The notes under the pieces are model-generated. The model was given only the letters and a program-made list of their open reading frames with translations. It made no database searches and had not been told where the DNA came from. Positions 51,178-63,736 of a stretch of 64,000 nucleotides of DNA are shown here, in pieces. The stretch lies in contig NC_086097.1 of assembly GCF_963921235.1 (NCBI RefSeq), positions 73,410,001 to 73,474,000 of the forward strand, written 5' to 3'. A program made the position numbers and the translations under genes. Position 1 is the stretch's first letter. Each line of letters starts with the position of its first letter. This DNA is from Mobula hypostoma (lineage: Eukaryota).

Positions 51178-51342
51178 CACAGGATAGAAGGGTCACATTG
51201 ACCCTTCACATTCCTGACGAAGGGTCTCGGCCTGAAACGTCGACTGCACCTCTCCCTACAGGTGCTGCCTGGCCTGCTGCGTTCACCAGCAACTTTGATG
51301 TGTGTTGCTTGAATTTCCAGCATCTGCAGAATTCCTGTTGTT
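51178..51342 (+). mobile_element. Short Penelope terminal-repeat insertion with hammerhead core and 16-bp TSD
   Basis: TSD TGCCCACAGATCTATT at 51162-51177 and 51343-51358; CTGACGA-AGGGTCTCGGCCT-GAAACGTC^GACTG at 51214-51246. Confidence 0.88.
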
Positions 51343-51739
51343 TGCCCACAGATCTATTGCTGCCTTTCGAGAATATATTCAGCAACTCGGCCTCCATAGC
51401 TGACAAAGATTGAGAACTCTTAAGGTTCAATATTGAAAAAGGGAATGACCACAGCTCTTTAAACTGAGAATGTGATTTTTTTGATTTTAGAGACTGCAGC
51501 CAGGAGAAACGTCATCATTAAATCAATTCTGTGATACCCTAAGGGACATCTGTATTCTCTAAATCTAAAGAAAAAAATAAGCTTTATTTGTTGTATATAC
51601 ACTGAAACATTGGTGCATTGTTTGCATCAACAACAGTACAGTCCAAGGATGTGCTGGGGCAGCCTGCAAATGTCACTGTGCTTCAGCTGCCAACCCAGCA
51701 TGCCCTCAAATTATTACTCCTATGTTTTGGGAATGTGGA

Positions 51740-51850
51740 AACTGGAGCTTCTGAAGGAAATCCTTCTGGTCACAGGGAGAATGTACATGTTTCTTATAGA
51801 CAGTGGCAGGAATTGAACCCTGATTGCTGCTGCTTTAATTTGATCACCTT
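51740..51850 (-). mobile_element. tRNA-derived V-SINE (HE1-like) fragment
   Basis: Minus-strand B box GGGTTCAATTCC (51809-51820) followed by CTGTCTATAAG...TGTACATTCTCCCTGTGACC, resembling the V-domain. Confidence 0.55.
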
Positions 51851-52036
51851 TAATTAGTCCATCGTGATTAATCTCTCTTCAGACAGCAACCCTTCTACCC
51901 ACTCTGGTGTAGCCAAGAAATCAATCCAGAGAATCCTCATTGTTCTCATTCTCTTAAAAATGTATCTTGACGAAGGAGGTCAGACTTGCCCACAATATTC
52001 CAGGTGTGTTTTCACACTAAACTGCTCTGAGACAAT

Positions 52037-54150
52037 AGATCAGAATCAAATTTATTATCACCGGCGTGTGACGTGAAATTTGTTAACTTAGCAGCAGCAG
52101 TTCAATGCAATACATAATCCAACAGAGAAAAAATTAATAATAAATAACATAAAAATAATAAAAAAGAAGTAAATCAATTACGGTATACGTATATTGAATA
52201 GATTTTTAAAAGTGCAAAGACAGAAATACTGTATATTTTTTAAAAAGTGAGCTAGTGTCCAAAGATTCAATGTCCATTTAGGAATCAGATGACAGAGGGG
52301 AAGAAGCTGTTCCTGAATCACTGAGTGTGTGCCTTCAGGCTTCTGTACCTCCTGCCTGATGGTAACAGTGAGAAAAGGTCATGCCCTGGGTGCTGGAGGT
52401 CCGTAATAATGGACGCTGCCTTTCTGAGACATCACTCTCTGAAGATGTCCTGGGTACTTTATAGGCTAGTACCCAATATGGAACTGACTAGATTTACAAC
52501 CTTTTGCAGCTTCTTTCGGTCCTGTGCAGTAGGCCCTCCATACCAGACAGTGATGCAGCCTGTCAGAATGCTCTCCATGGTACATCTATAGAATTTTTGA
52601 GTGTACTTGTTGACATTCCAAATCTCTTCAAACTCCTAATAAAGTATAGCCGCTGTCTTGCCTTCTTTATTACTACATCGATATTTTGGGACCAGGTTAG
52701 ATCCTCAGAGATCTTGACAGCCAGAAACTTGAAACTGCTCACTCTCTCCACTTCTGATCCCTCTATGGGGATTGGTATGTGTTCCTTCATCTTACCCTTC
52801 CTGAGGTCCACCATCAGCTCTTTCGTCTTACTGACGTTGAGTGCCAGGTTGTTGCTGTGGCACCACTCCACTAGTTGGCATATCTCACTCCTGTACGCCC
52901 TCTCGTCACCACCTGAGATTCTACCAACTATGGTTGTATCATCAGCAAATTTATAGCTGGTATTTGGGCTATGCCTAGCCACACAGCCATGTGTATATAG
53001 AGAGTAGAGTAGTGGGCTAAGCACACACCCTTGAGGTGCGCCAGTGTTGATTGTCAGTGAGGAGGATATGTTATCACCAATCCACAGATTGTGGTCTTCC
53101 ACTTAGGAAGTTGAGGATCCAATTGCAGAGGGAGGTACAGAGGCCCAAGTTCTGCAACTTCTCAATCAGGATTGTGGGAATGATGGTATTAAATGCTGAG
53201 CTATAGTCGATGGACAGCATCCTGACATAGGTGTTTGTGTTGTTCAGGTGGTCTAAAGCCGTGTGGGGAGCCATTGAGATTGCATCTGCTGTTGACCTAC
53301 TGTGGCAATAGGCAAATTGCAGTGGGTCTAGGTCCTTGCTGAGGCTGAGTCTAGTCATGACTAACCTCTCAAAGCATTTCATCACTGTCGATGTGAGTGC
53401 TGCCCAGTGATAGTCATTAAGGCAGCCCACGTTATTCTTCTAAGGCACTGGTATAATTGTTGCCTTTTTGAAGCAAGTGGGAACTTCCACCCATTGCAGT
53501 GAGAGGTTGAAAATGTCCTTGAATACTCCCGCTAGTTGGTCGGCACAGGTTTTCAGAGCCTTACCAGGTACTCCATCGGGACCTTCCGCCTTACGAGGGT
53601 TCACTCTCATTAAAGACAGCCTAACATTGGCCTCTGAGACAGAGATCACAGGGTCATCAGGTGCAGCAGGAATCTTCACAGTTGCAGTTGTGTTCTCCCT
53701 TTCAAAGCATGCATAGAAGGCATTGAGTTCATCTGGTAGTGAAGCATCGTTGCCATTCATGCTATTGGATTTCGCCTTGTAGGAAATAATGTCTTGCAGA
53801 CCCTGCGAGAGTTGGCGTGTATCCGATGTTGTCTCCAACCTCGCTCAAAATTGTCTCTTTGCCCTTGAAATAGCCCTCTGCAAATCATACCTGGTTTTCT
53901 GGTACAGGCCTGGGTCGCCAGACGAATGCCACAGATCTAGCCTTCAGCAGTCGACGTACCTCCTGGTTCATCCATAGTTTTTGGTTTGGGAATGCACAGT
54001 AAGTCTTTCTGGGCACACGCTCATCCACACAGGTTTTAATGAAGTCAGTAACAGCTGCAGCGTACTCACTCAGGTTCAAAGATGAACCCCTGAATACAGT
54101 CCAGTCCACCGATTCAAAGCAGTCCTGTAGGCGCTCCTGTGCTTCCCTTG
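52037..54150 (-). mobile_element. 5'-truncated Rex1/Babar-type LINE, comparatively well preserved
   Basis: [45 protein letters not shown] and KFADDTT; TTCTGA-type tail at about 52040. Confidence 0.9.
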
Positions 54151-55997
54151 CCCATGATGATGAGATGAGTAATGAACTGAGTGCATCTAGCATAGAAAAG
54201 AAATTAAACAAATCAAACACCTCTTGTTCAGGTGGATTCCATCCTTGCATTTTGAAAAAATCCAAGGAAGAGAGGAGAGGCTTTTATCATTTTGTTCAGG
54301 CAGCTGCAAAGACAGAGGCATGATAGCTAGCTGGCATAATATGTATATCTCAGAAAGAAGATAGAACACATCCATTACAAACGAGAAAATCTGCAGATGC
54401 TGGAAATCTGAGCAACACACACAAAGTGCTGGAGGAACTCAGCAGGCCAGGCAGCATCTATGGAAAAATGTACAGTTGACGTTTTGGGCCAAAACCCTTC
54501 AGCAGGACTGGAGAAAAAATGCTGAAGGTATACAAGATGCCACACAAGGAGCACCGAACACAGTGTATGACCCCAACAGACTCACAGGTGAAGTGTCGCC
54601 TCACCTGGAAGGACTGTTTGGGGCCCTGAATGGTAGAAAGGGAGGAGGTTTAGGGGCAGGTGTGGCACTTGCTCCACTTACAAGATTAAGTACCAGGGTG
54701 GAGATCAGTGGGGAGGGAGGAATGGACAAGGGAGTCGTGTAGGGAGCAATCCCTGTAGAAAGCAGAAAGTTGGGGGGAGGGAAAGATGTGTTTGTTGGTG
54801 GGATCCAGTTGGAGGTGGCGGAAGTTTCGTTGAATTATGTGCTGGATTTAGAGGCTGGTGGGGGTGGTAGGTGAGGACAAGAAGAACATTATCCCTGGTA
54901 GCATGGCAGGAAGATGGGGTAAAAGCAGATGTGTGTGAAATGGAAGAGATACAGTTGAGGGCAGCGTTACTGGTGGAGGAAGGCAAGCTCTAGAGTGAAA
55001 AGCCTCATCCTGAGAGCAGATGCGGCGGAGACGGAGGAATCGAGAAAAGGGGATGGCGTTTTTACAAGTAGCAGGATGGGACGAGGTATGGTCTAGGTAG
55101 CTGTGAGAGTACATTGGTTTATAATAGACTTCGATGGATAAGCTGTCTCCAGAGATAGAGACAGTGAGAGTGAGAAAGGGAAGGCCAGTGTTGGAAATGG
55201 ACCAGGTGAATTTGAGGACAGGGTGGAAGCTGGAGACAAAGTAGATGAAATTTATGAGTTCAGCACGGGTGCAGAAAGCAGTGCCAATGCAGTCATTGAT
55301 TTAGCTTAGGAAAAATGCGGGACAGTGTAGGCTCGGAACATAGACTGTTCTACATAGCTGACAAACAGGCAGGCATAGCTGGGACCCATGCGAGTGCCCA
55401 TGTCTACCCCTTTAGTTTGAAGGAAGTGGGAGGATCTAAAGGAGAAATTACTTAGAGCAACGACAAGTTCTGCTAGGTGGAGGAGAGTGGTGGTTGAGGG
55501 GAACTTTGAGGCCTTCCTGATGGGGGATGGAGCTGTATAGGAATTGGCCATCCATAGTAAAAATAAGATGATGGGGGCCAAGGGACCTGAAATCCTTGAA
55601 AAGATCAAGAGCATGTGCGATATCATGGACGTAGGTGGGGAAGGGACTGAACCAGAACCAAAAGGGACCCCACAGAGTCGAGGTATGCAGGTATGAGTTC
55701 AGTGAGACAGGAACAAGCTGAAGCAATGGGTCTACCTGGACAAGCAGGTTTGTGAATTTTGGGTAGGAGGTAGAAATGGGAGGTGCAGGGTACAGGAACT
55801 ATGAGGTTAGTGGCAGTGAGTGGGAGATCCTCTCAGTAAGGTTGGTGATGGTGTGGGAGACAATGGCCTGGTGTTATTTCATGGGGTCCTATTCGAGGGG
55901 TAAGTAAGAGGAGGTGTCTGAGAGTTGGCGCTGGGCCTCAGCAAGGCAGAGGTCAGTTCGCCAGACTGCTACAGCACCTCCCTTATCTGCGGGTTTT

Positions 55998-56740
55998 TCA
56001 GAATCAGTATCAGGCTTATTATCACTGGTATGTGTCGTGAAATTTGTTAACTTAGCAGCAGCTCAATGCAATACATAATATTGAAGGGAAAAATAAATAA
56101 AATGAAAAAAAAAGTAAATCAATTACAGTATGTTGAATAGATTTAAAAGCGTGCAAAAAACAGAAATAATATATATTTAAGAAGTGAGGTAGTGTTCACG
56201 GGTTCAGAGTCCATTTAGGAATCCGATGGCAGAGGGGAAGAAGCTGTTCCTGAATTGCTGAGTGTGTCCCTCCAGGCTTCTGTACTTCCTACCTGATGGT
56301 AACAGTGAGAAAAGGGCATGCCCTGGGTGCTGGAGGTCCTTGATAATGGATGCTGCCTTTCTGAGACACTGCTCCTTGAAGATGTCCTGGGTACTTTGCA
56401 GGATAGTACCCAAGATGGAGCCAACTAAATTTACAGCCCTCTGCAGCTTCTTTCGGTCCTGTGCAGTAGCCCCTCCATACCAGACAGTGATGCAGCCTGT
56501 CAGAATGCTCTCCATGGTACATCTATAGAGTTTTTGAGTGTACTTGTTGACATTCCAAATCTCTTCAAACACCTTATGAAGTATAGTCGCTCTTTTGCCT
56601 CCTTTATAACTGCATCGATATGTTGGGACCAGGTTAGATCCTCAGGGATCTTGACACCCAGGAACTTGAAGCTGCTCGCTCTCTCCACTTCTGATCCCTC
56701 TGTGAGGGTTGGTCTGTGTTCCTTCGTCTTACACTTCCTG
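55998..56740 (-). mobile_element. Rex1/Babar 3' fragment nested in the Penelope element
   Basis: Close relative of 52037-52805; Penelope sequence resumes collinearly at both ends. Confidence 0.88.
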
Positions 56741-57014
56741 ATGGTGAAGTAAGGATTAGTGCGGAGGGAGTGGAAAGCCAAGCATTCAGAAAGAATGAGG
56801 TTGGAATAGGAGGGAGGAGTGTTAAAGTCTAGACGATTAATGTCCGTTTGGTAGTTGGCAATGAAATGATCCAGAGCATGCAGAAGACCAGGGTGGGTTG
56901 TGCAGGAAGAGGAGGAGGGTTGAAGATGGGAGAAGGGGTCATTGGTGTGGGGTGGGGATAACTTGCCAAGGAAATAGGCTCGGAGATGGAAGCAGCGGAA
57001 GAAGAGCTTAACAT

Positions 57015-57521
57015 TGCCATAGAGGGAGTACAAAGAAGGTTCACCAGATTGATTCCTGGGATGGCAGGACTTTCATATGAAGAAAGACTGGATGAACTAG
57101 GCTTGTACTCATTGGAATTTAGAAGATTGAGGGGGGATCTGATTGAAAGGTATAAAATCCTAAAGGGATTGGACAGGCTAGATGCAGGAAGATTGTTCCC
57201 GATGTTGGGGAAGTCCAGAACGAGGGGTCACAGTTTGAGGGTAAAGGGGAAGCCTTTTAGGACTGAGATTAGGAAAAACTTCTTCACACAGAGAGTGGTG
57301 AATCTGTGGAATTCTCTGCCACAGGAAACAGTTGAGGCCAGTTCATTGGCTATATTTAAGAGGGAGTTAGATATGGCCCTTGTGGCTACGGGGATCAGTG
57401 GGTATGGAGGGAAGGCTGGGGCGGGGTTCTGAGTTGGATGATCAGCCATGATCATAATAAATGGCGGTGCAGGCTCGAAGGGCCGAATGGCCTACTCCTG
57501 CACCTATTTTCTATGTTTCTA
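57015..57521 (+). mobile_element. Young CR1 3' fragment nested in the Penelope element
   Basis: Nearly identical to about 60439-60945; open frame to the stop at 57432; TTTCTATG tail. Confidence 0.92.
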
Positions 57522-57544
57522 TTGTGGCGGGCGCACCCATTGAT

Positions 57545-58352
57545 TTTTATAAATAACTTGGATGAGGAAGTGAAGAGGTGAGTTAGTAAGTTTGCAAATG
57601 ACCCAAAGGTTGGAGGTGTTGTGTATTGTGTAGAGACTTGGGCGGAGAAGTGGTAAACGGAATTTAGTTCAGAAATATGTGAAGTGATACACTTTGGAAG
57701 AGCATTCTTGAATATGGAGTACTGGATGGCTGGTCAATTTCATTGGTTGGTTAAGGTGGCGTATGGTGTTCTGGCCTTCGTTGATTGGGGACTAGGTTCA
57801 AGAGCTGCAAGGTAATATTGCAGCTCTATAAAACACTGTTTTGTCTTCAGTTCTGGTCGTGTCATTATAAGGGTGAGGGTGGTTTAGAGAGGGTGCAGAG
57901 GAGATTTACCAGAATTTTGCCTGGATTAGAGAACACGTATAAGGAAAGGTTGTATGTGCTAGGATTTTTCTCTTTGGTGAATGAGAAGCGATTTGATTGA
58001 GATGTATAAGATTCTAAGAAGCATAGAGTGTTCAGCCATCTCAGGGTGGCAGTGGCGAATACCAGAAGATAGCTGTTTAAGGTGTGTGGAGGAAGGTTAA
58101 GGAGAGATATCCTAAATTTTCCTCCACTCACCTTAAATGGATAGTGGTGGGTGTCTGGAACACCCTGTCACGAGTGGTGATAAGAGACTGATACACAAGG
58201 GGGAAAATGAGAAGGCTCTTAGATGAATAAAAGAAAATGGAGGGAAATGGGCTGCATACGAGGGAAAGGTTAGACTGGTCATGGAATAGATTTGTATGGG
58301 TTGGCAAAGCTTTATGGGCTAAAGGGCTCGTACTGTGCTTTACTGTTCTATC
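57545..58352 (+). mobile_element. Old CR1 fragment
   Basis: KFANDPKVGG, LQLYKTL and LERVQRRFTRILPGL. Confidence 0.75.
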
Positions 58353-59690
58353 TTCATTGAATCAGACACTATTCACTTTAATAATGTTCAGATAAGTGGT
58401 AAAATCCCCACCAAAAAAAAAGAATAGAAACAAAAGTATTCTGTAGTGAGTATGCATTTAAGCATGGAATTTAAAAATAAATTTTTTAGGAGGTAACGGA
58501 GTAGATGATGGTAATGATATTGTAATTTAACTAGATTGTCTACTGATCTTTATTTAGGTGCACTTCCACAAAACAATGAATTGGCTCATGAGTTGCAGAT
58601 CTGGGAAGAAATACAAGAATCATTTGCTGGTTTCAGGCCAAAGTGGAGAGTCCGTAAAGGATATATTTTTGGAATGGGAAATGATGGTCAGTGTGTTCCA
58701 CAGATACAGCACTGGGACCACTGCTGCACACATTTACATTAACTGGAATCAAAAAAAACTTACCATATTTGCAAAAGGTATTAACTTTTGGGTTGTGAGC
58801 TCAGTTAGTCATAGAACACTACAGTTAGGCCAAAGCACATGTTTCTATGACTCTATCTGTGTGCTGGCCTAGTTTTCTGCTTAGTCGCATCTACCTGCAC
58901 CTGGACTACAGCCCTCCATACCTCTCTCATCCACGTACATATCCAAACTTGTCTGTAATGTTACAATTGAACCTGCATCTACCACTTCAGCTGGCAGCTC
59001 ATTCCATACTCGCCTCACCCTCCTGCTGAAGTAGTACTGATCTGGTCACTAAAGGCACAGTTTGTTTTGTACGAGCATCATTTCCTTAACGTAAACTGTT
59101 CATTCTTGCATAGGTTAACCTGGATTTCATTTTGAATCGTGTTGGAAAAACATTGATTTCCATCTTCTCTTTATTTGTCCTTGAAACAGCAATATCTGTG
59201 AGTCTTAAGTTTTGTTAATAGCCATAAACATTTAATGTATATATTTTGAAGGAAGGGTTATGTTTATCACTTATCCTTATTAAGATATCATTGTGCCACG
59301 CGTTTACTCTTGCTTTCATGGCATAGTTACATAGTGTTGCGTGTGTGTGTATCTCTTGGTTAACATCGACTGTGAGAATAATGAATAGTATTTGTATATT
59401 CAGGCATGTGGCAATTTTTTATTAAATTTAATACCTATTTTACTTCACTTTCTGCAGTTTCACAAGAAAGATCTTATTAAAACCCTGAAAGAAGCTTCTG
59501 TCTCGGGTAATTTTTGAGAAGGCGTTTAACTCACGGCAGTTTTGTATATCCGCACTGCAAGGGCAGTAGAAGTGCCCCCTTAGATTCCTCTTAAATATTT
59601 CACCTTTCTCATTAACCCTATGACTTCTAGTTCTAGTCTCACCCAGCTTGCATGCATTCACCCTATCTGTATACCTCTCATTATTTTGTA

Positions 59691-60945
59691 CGGCAGAATT
59701 TTTTGAGGATGTAACTAGTAGAGTGGATAGGGGAGAACCAGTGGATGTGGTATATTTGGATTTTCAAAAGGCTTTTGACAAGGTCCCACATAGGAGATTA
59801 GTGTGCAAACTTAAAGCACACGGTATTGGGGGTAAGGTATTGGTGTGGGTGGAGAATTGGTTAGCAGACAGGAAGCAAAGAGTGGGAATAAACGGGACCT
59901 TTTCAGAATGGCAGGCGGTGACTAGTGGGGTACCGCAAGGCTCAGTGCTGGGACCCCAGTTGTTTACAATATATATTAATGACTTGGATGAGGGAATTAA
60001 ATGCAGCATCTCCAAGTTTGCGGATGACACGAAGCTTGGCGGCAGTGTTAGCAGTGAGGAGGATGCTAAGAGGATGCAGGGTGACTTGGGTAGGTTGGGT
60101 GAGTGGGCAAACTCATGGGAGATGCAATTTAATGTGGATAAATGTGAAGTTATCCACTTTGGTGGCAAAAATAGGAAAACAGATTATTATCTGAATGGTG
60201 GCCAATTAGGAAAAGGGGAGGTGCAACGAGACCTGGGTGTCATTATACACCAGTCATTGAAAGTGGGCATGCAGGTACAGCAGGCAGTGAAAAAGGCGAA
60301 TGGTATGCTGGCATTTATAGCGAGAGGATTCGAGTACAGGAGCAGGGAGGTACTACTGCAGTTGTACAAGGCCTTGGTGAGACCACACCTGGAGTATTGT
60401 GTGCAGTTTTGGTCCCCTAATCTGAGGAAAGACATCTTTGCCATAGAGGGAGTACAAAGAAGGTTCACTAGATTGATTCCTGGGATGGCAGGACTTTCAT
60501 ATGAAGAAAGACTGGATGAACTGGGCTTGTACTCGTTGGAATTTAGAAGATTGAGGGGGGATCTGATTGAAACGTATAAGATCCTAAAGGGATTGGACAG
60601 GCTAGATGCAGGAAGATTGTTCCCGATGTTGGGGAAGTCCAGAACGAGGGGTCACAGTTTGAGGATAGAGGGGAAGCCTTTTAGGACCGAGATTAGGAAA
60701 AACTTCTTCACACAGAGAGTGGTGAATCTGTGGAATTCTCTGCCACAGCAAACTGTTGAGGCCAGTTCATTGGCTATGTTTAAGAGGGAGTTAGATATGG
60801 CCCTTGTGGCTACAGGGGTCAGGGGGTATGGAGGGAAGGCTGGGGCGGGGTTCTGAGTTGGATGATCAGCCATGATCATAATAAATGGCGGTGCAGGCTC
60901 GAAGGGCCGAATGGCCTACTCCTGCACCTATTTTCTATGTTTCTA
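59691..60945 (+). mobile_element. Young 5'-truncated CR1 LINE with uninterrupted RT C-terminal frame
   Basis: About 385 codons with no stop: YLDFQKAFDKVPH, SGVPQGSVLGP, SKFADDTKL; stop at 60856; 3' UTR ends in TTTCTATG repeats. Confidence 0.95.
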
Positions 60946-61525
60946 TGTAACTCCCCTCATACTCCTGTGTTTCAGGGAATGAGGTCTGAACCTCTCCAAC
61001 CTATCACTGTGACTCTGCTCCTCACGTTCCTGCTGTATCCATGCAAATTTACTCTGCCCTTTTAAAGCTTATTGGTAGCTTTCTTGTAATAGGTGATAAG
61101 AACCGCACTAAATTTGGCCTCATATACATCGTGTACGACTTCAACATCACATCCCAGCTCATGTACTCAGAGCACTGATTTATGAACGCCATTGTGCCAA
61201 AGCTCTCTTTACAGCCTTATCTATCTGTGATGCCACTTTCAAGGAATATCGATCTGAATTTCCAGGTCCCTTTGTTCTACCGCACATCTTAATGCCCTAC
61301 CATTCACTCTGCAAGTCTGTCCTGGTTGTCCTGCTGAAGTACAACTCCTCGTGCTTGTCTGTGTTAAATTCCATCAGCCATTTTTCGGCCCATTTTCCAT
61401 CTGGTCCAGATCACTTTGCAAGCTTTGATAGCAATCCTCACCATCCTCTACACCCTAACCTTGGTGTTGTCTGTAAATTTGCTGATTCAGTTTACCAGAT
61501 TATTGTCAGAATTATTAATGTAAAT

Positions 61526-63736
61526 CAGTGGTTCTCAACATAGGCCATGCTGGATTTTGTAGGGGTCACAAGTAAAATACAAGAAACTGGGGGCCACAGG
61601 TGTTTCTGAATGAGCCATGATAAGTTTAATGTTTTAATGAAATATTACTAAAATATTAAATAAAAATGAATGTATGTAATATAGTTGAAACCCTGATTGA
61701 AATAAATAGGAAAATATGCTAGACGATGCAAACAAGGCAGCAAAACAGCTTAGCACGTGTGTGTTGGTTATCTCTCTTCCTGCTTGACCACAGACAAATC
61801 ACTGTTCACAGGGTGGCCCACATCCACTCCCAAATCGCTGATTATACAGTGAGAAGGCGAGCATGACCCAGCAGGATACCCCGCAACATACTCCATCAGC
61901 TAGTGATTATGATTACTTTGTTATAGATAATTACTTGTGAGAAAAAAAATTACTTGTTGATAAGGAAACATCCACATCTAATTCCAGCTGAAAGACTGTG
62001 AGAAGTTGCCAGGTTTTCCATATCAAAACCCTTATCAGAAGGGGATTAATATGGAAAGTCTGGCATGGCCAGTGTTGTAATTGAAGTAGTGATGATTATC
62101 ACGACGAACTGAAGATTGGGCAGGGCTGTCTGCAGAAAGGCCAGTCAGCATGTATGCAGCAGGAGGCTGGTTCTGTTTGCCTTGCACTGAAAAACAGTAA
62201 GTTGCACAACTGTGAGTTAAGAAGTTTGGTCTGCAAATCAATGAAAGCACATTATGTGATAATGAAGTCCTTCCAATGACATATGTTAGGATTTGAATGA
62301 TGATCAGGCCAGTGAGGAAGTGTTTTTTGCCCGAAAGCTTAAGACAGATACCACAGGTGAAACTATTTTTGAAGAAGAGCAATTTCTTGGAAAACAATAT
62401 TCCATGAGAAAATATAATAGCTTATGCAACTGATGGTGCTGCATAGATGGTAGGAAAATGCAGAGGATTCATTGGTCATTTAGAAAGTGCGTGCCTGGCA
62501 TTTTTTTTTGCATTCACTGTATCATCTACTGTCAGCATTTGGTTGCAAAAAAATTGGGAGGATGTTTGCATGACACACTGCTGTAATAATGGTTGTTAAC
62601 TTCATCAAATCAAATGCACTAAAAGATGTCTTTTTCGACAACTTTGTGAGGGAAACAAAGATGATTTTGAACGACTATTAATGCATGAATGTGAAGTCCA
62701 ATGGTTATCAAAAGGTAATTACCTTCATTGTTTTGTTGCACCTTGGGACAGTATTGTAGCATTTCTAAGTGATAAGCAGCTTGAAGAACAAATTGTTGCT
62801 GCTTACTCTGACATATTTTACCTGTCAGATATATTTGAAAAACTTAATTTATTAAACAAATAGTTACAAGGACAAAACTGTAGTCTCATATCATGCTAAG
62901 AGGCTATTACTGCTGTCCTTGGAAAATTCAAACTCTTCAGCAGCATAGTGGACACCACGAGTTTATGCCACTTCCTACACTGGCCCCTCTTAAAATACAA
63001 TTATTGGATGATGATCAGATTGTATATCTTGATCATTTGGAACAACTACACACTGATATGTAATTTTGGTTCAGAGACCTGCTGGTGATGCATATTCCAG
63101 ATTGGGTGGTGGATCCATTTGGGGTGAATGTGAATAATGTTGACACCACATCGCAAGAATGTCTTACTGAGCTGCAGAGTGAAATAACAGATTGAGCAAA
63201 ATTGAAACGCAGCAAGCAAAATTTCTAGATAAGTAGTGATATTCAAAATAAGTTTCCACAGCCCTGGGAGAAAGCAAAGTTGTTTCTAACTGGATTTCCC
63301 ACCTATTATCTAGTTGAATATGGTTTTAGTTAAGCTGTTCAGTTGCTATCAAACGCTCATAAGTGACTTGGTGTTTTGAAAAGGGGTGATCTTTGATTTT
63401 CTTTAACTAAATTGCAACCAGGTACTCAAAAACTCGTTAGTTGCATCAGCCACAAGGATCTCATTAGATACCCTAAGTAATAATATTAAGCACTTTTTCA
63501 TTGTAAGCTATTCAGAGCTTTGAAATAGTTTTTTTTCATCTACACCTGTAACATTACATTTAATATATAATAATACCTATAATCTGTTAAAACATAAATA
63601 TTGACTGTATATTAGAATAATTAGCACAGTTGACCAAACTTTAGAAACTAATGCAGACCGGAGAGGGTGGAGGCCACAGATGTAAGTGAAAGTTGCAAGT
63701 GAACCATGAGCAAACAAAGAAGGTTGAGAACCAGTA
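61526..63736 (+). mobile_element. Decayed hAT (Charlie/SCAND3-like) DNA transposon
   Basis: TIRs CAGTGGTTCTCAAC and GTTGAGAACCAGTA; ATDGA, IHCII..QHLVAK, EVQWLSKGN, YLSDIFEKLN, FPTYYLVE and HQPQGSH remnants; degenerate 8-bp TSD. Confidence 0.85.

Larger units (their letters stand above)
54378..57540 (-). mobile_element. Decayed Penelope-like element (RT, GIY-YIG remnant, terminal repeat) with two nested LINEs
   Basis: HFLQTKGVDMGTRMGPSYACLF; SHSYLDHTSSHP..NAIPFSRFLRLRRICS; FTCESVGVIHCVRCS; pLTR at 54378-54520. Confidence 0.88.

Noticed and set aside
59648..60856. 402-aa ORF as a host or domesticated gene
   Set aside because: It is a 5'-truncated CR1 RT. The ATG and first about 14 codons come from flanking antisense CR1, and a near-identical copy lies at 57015
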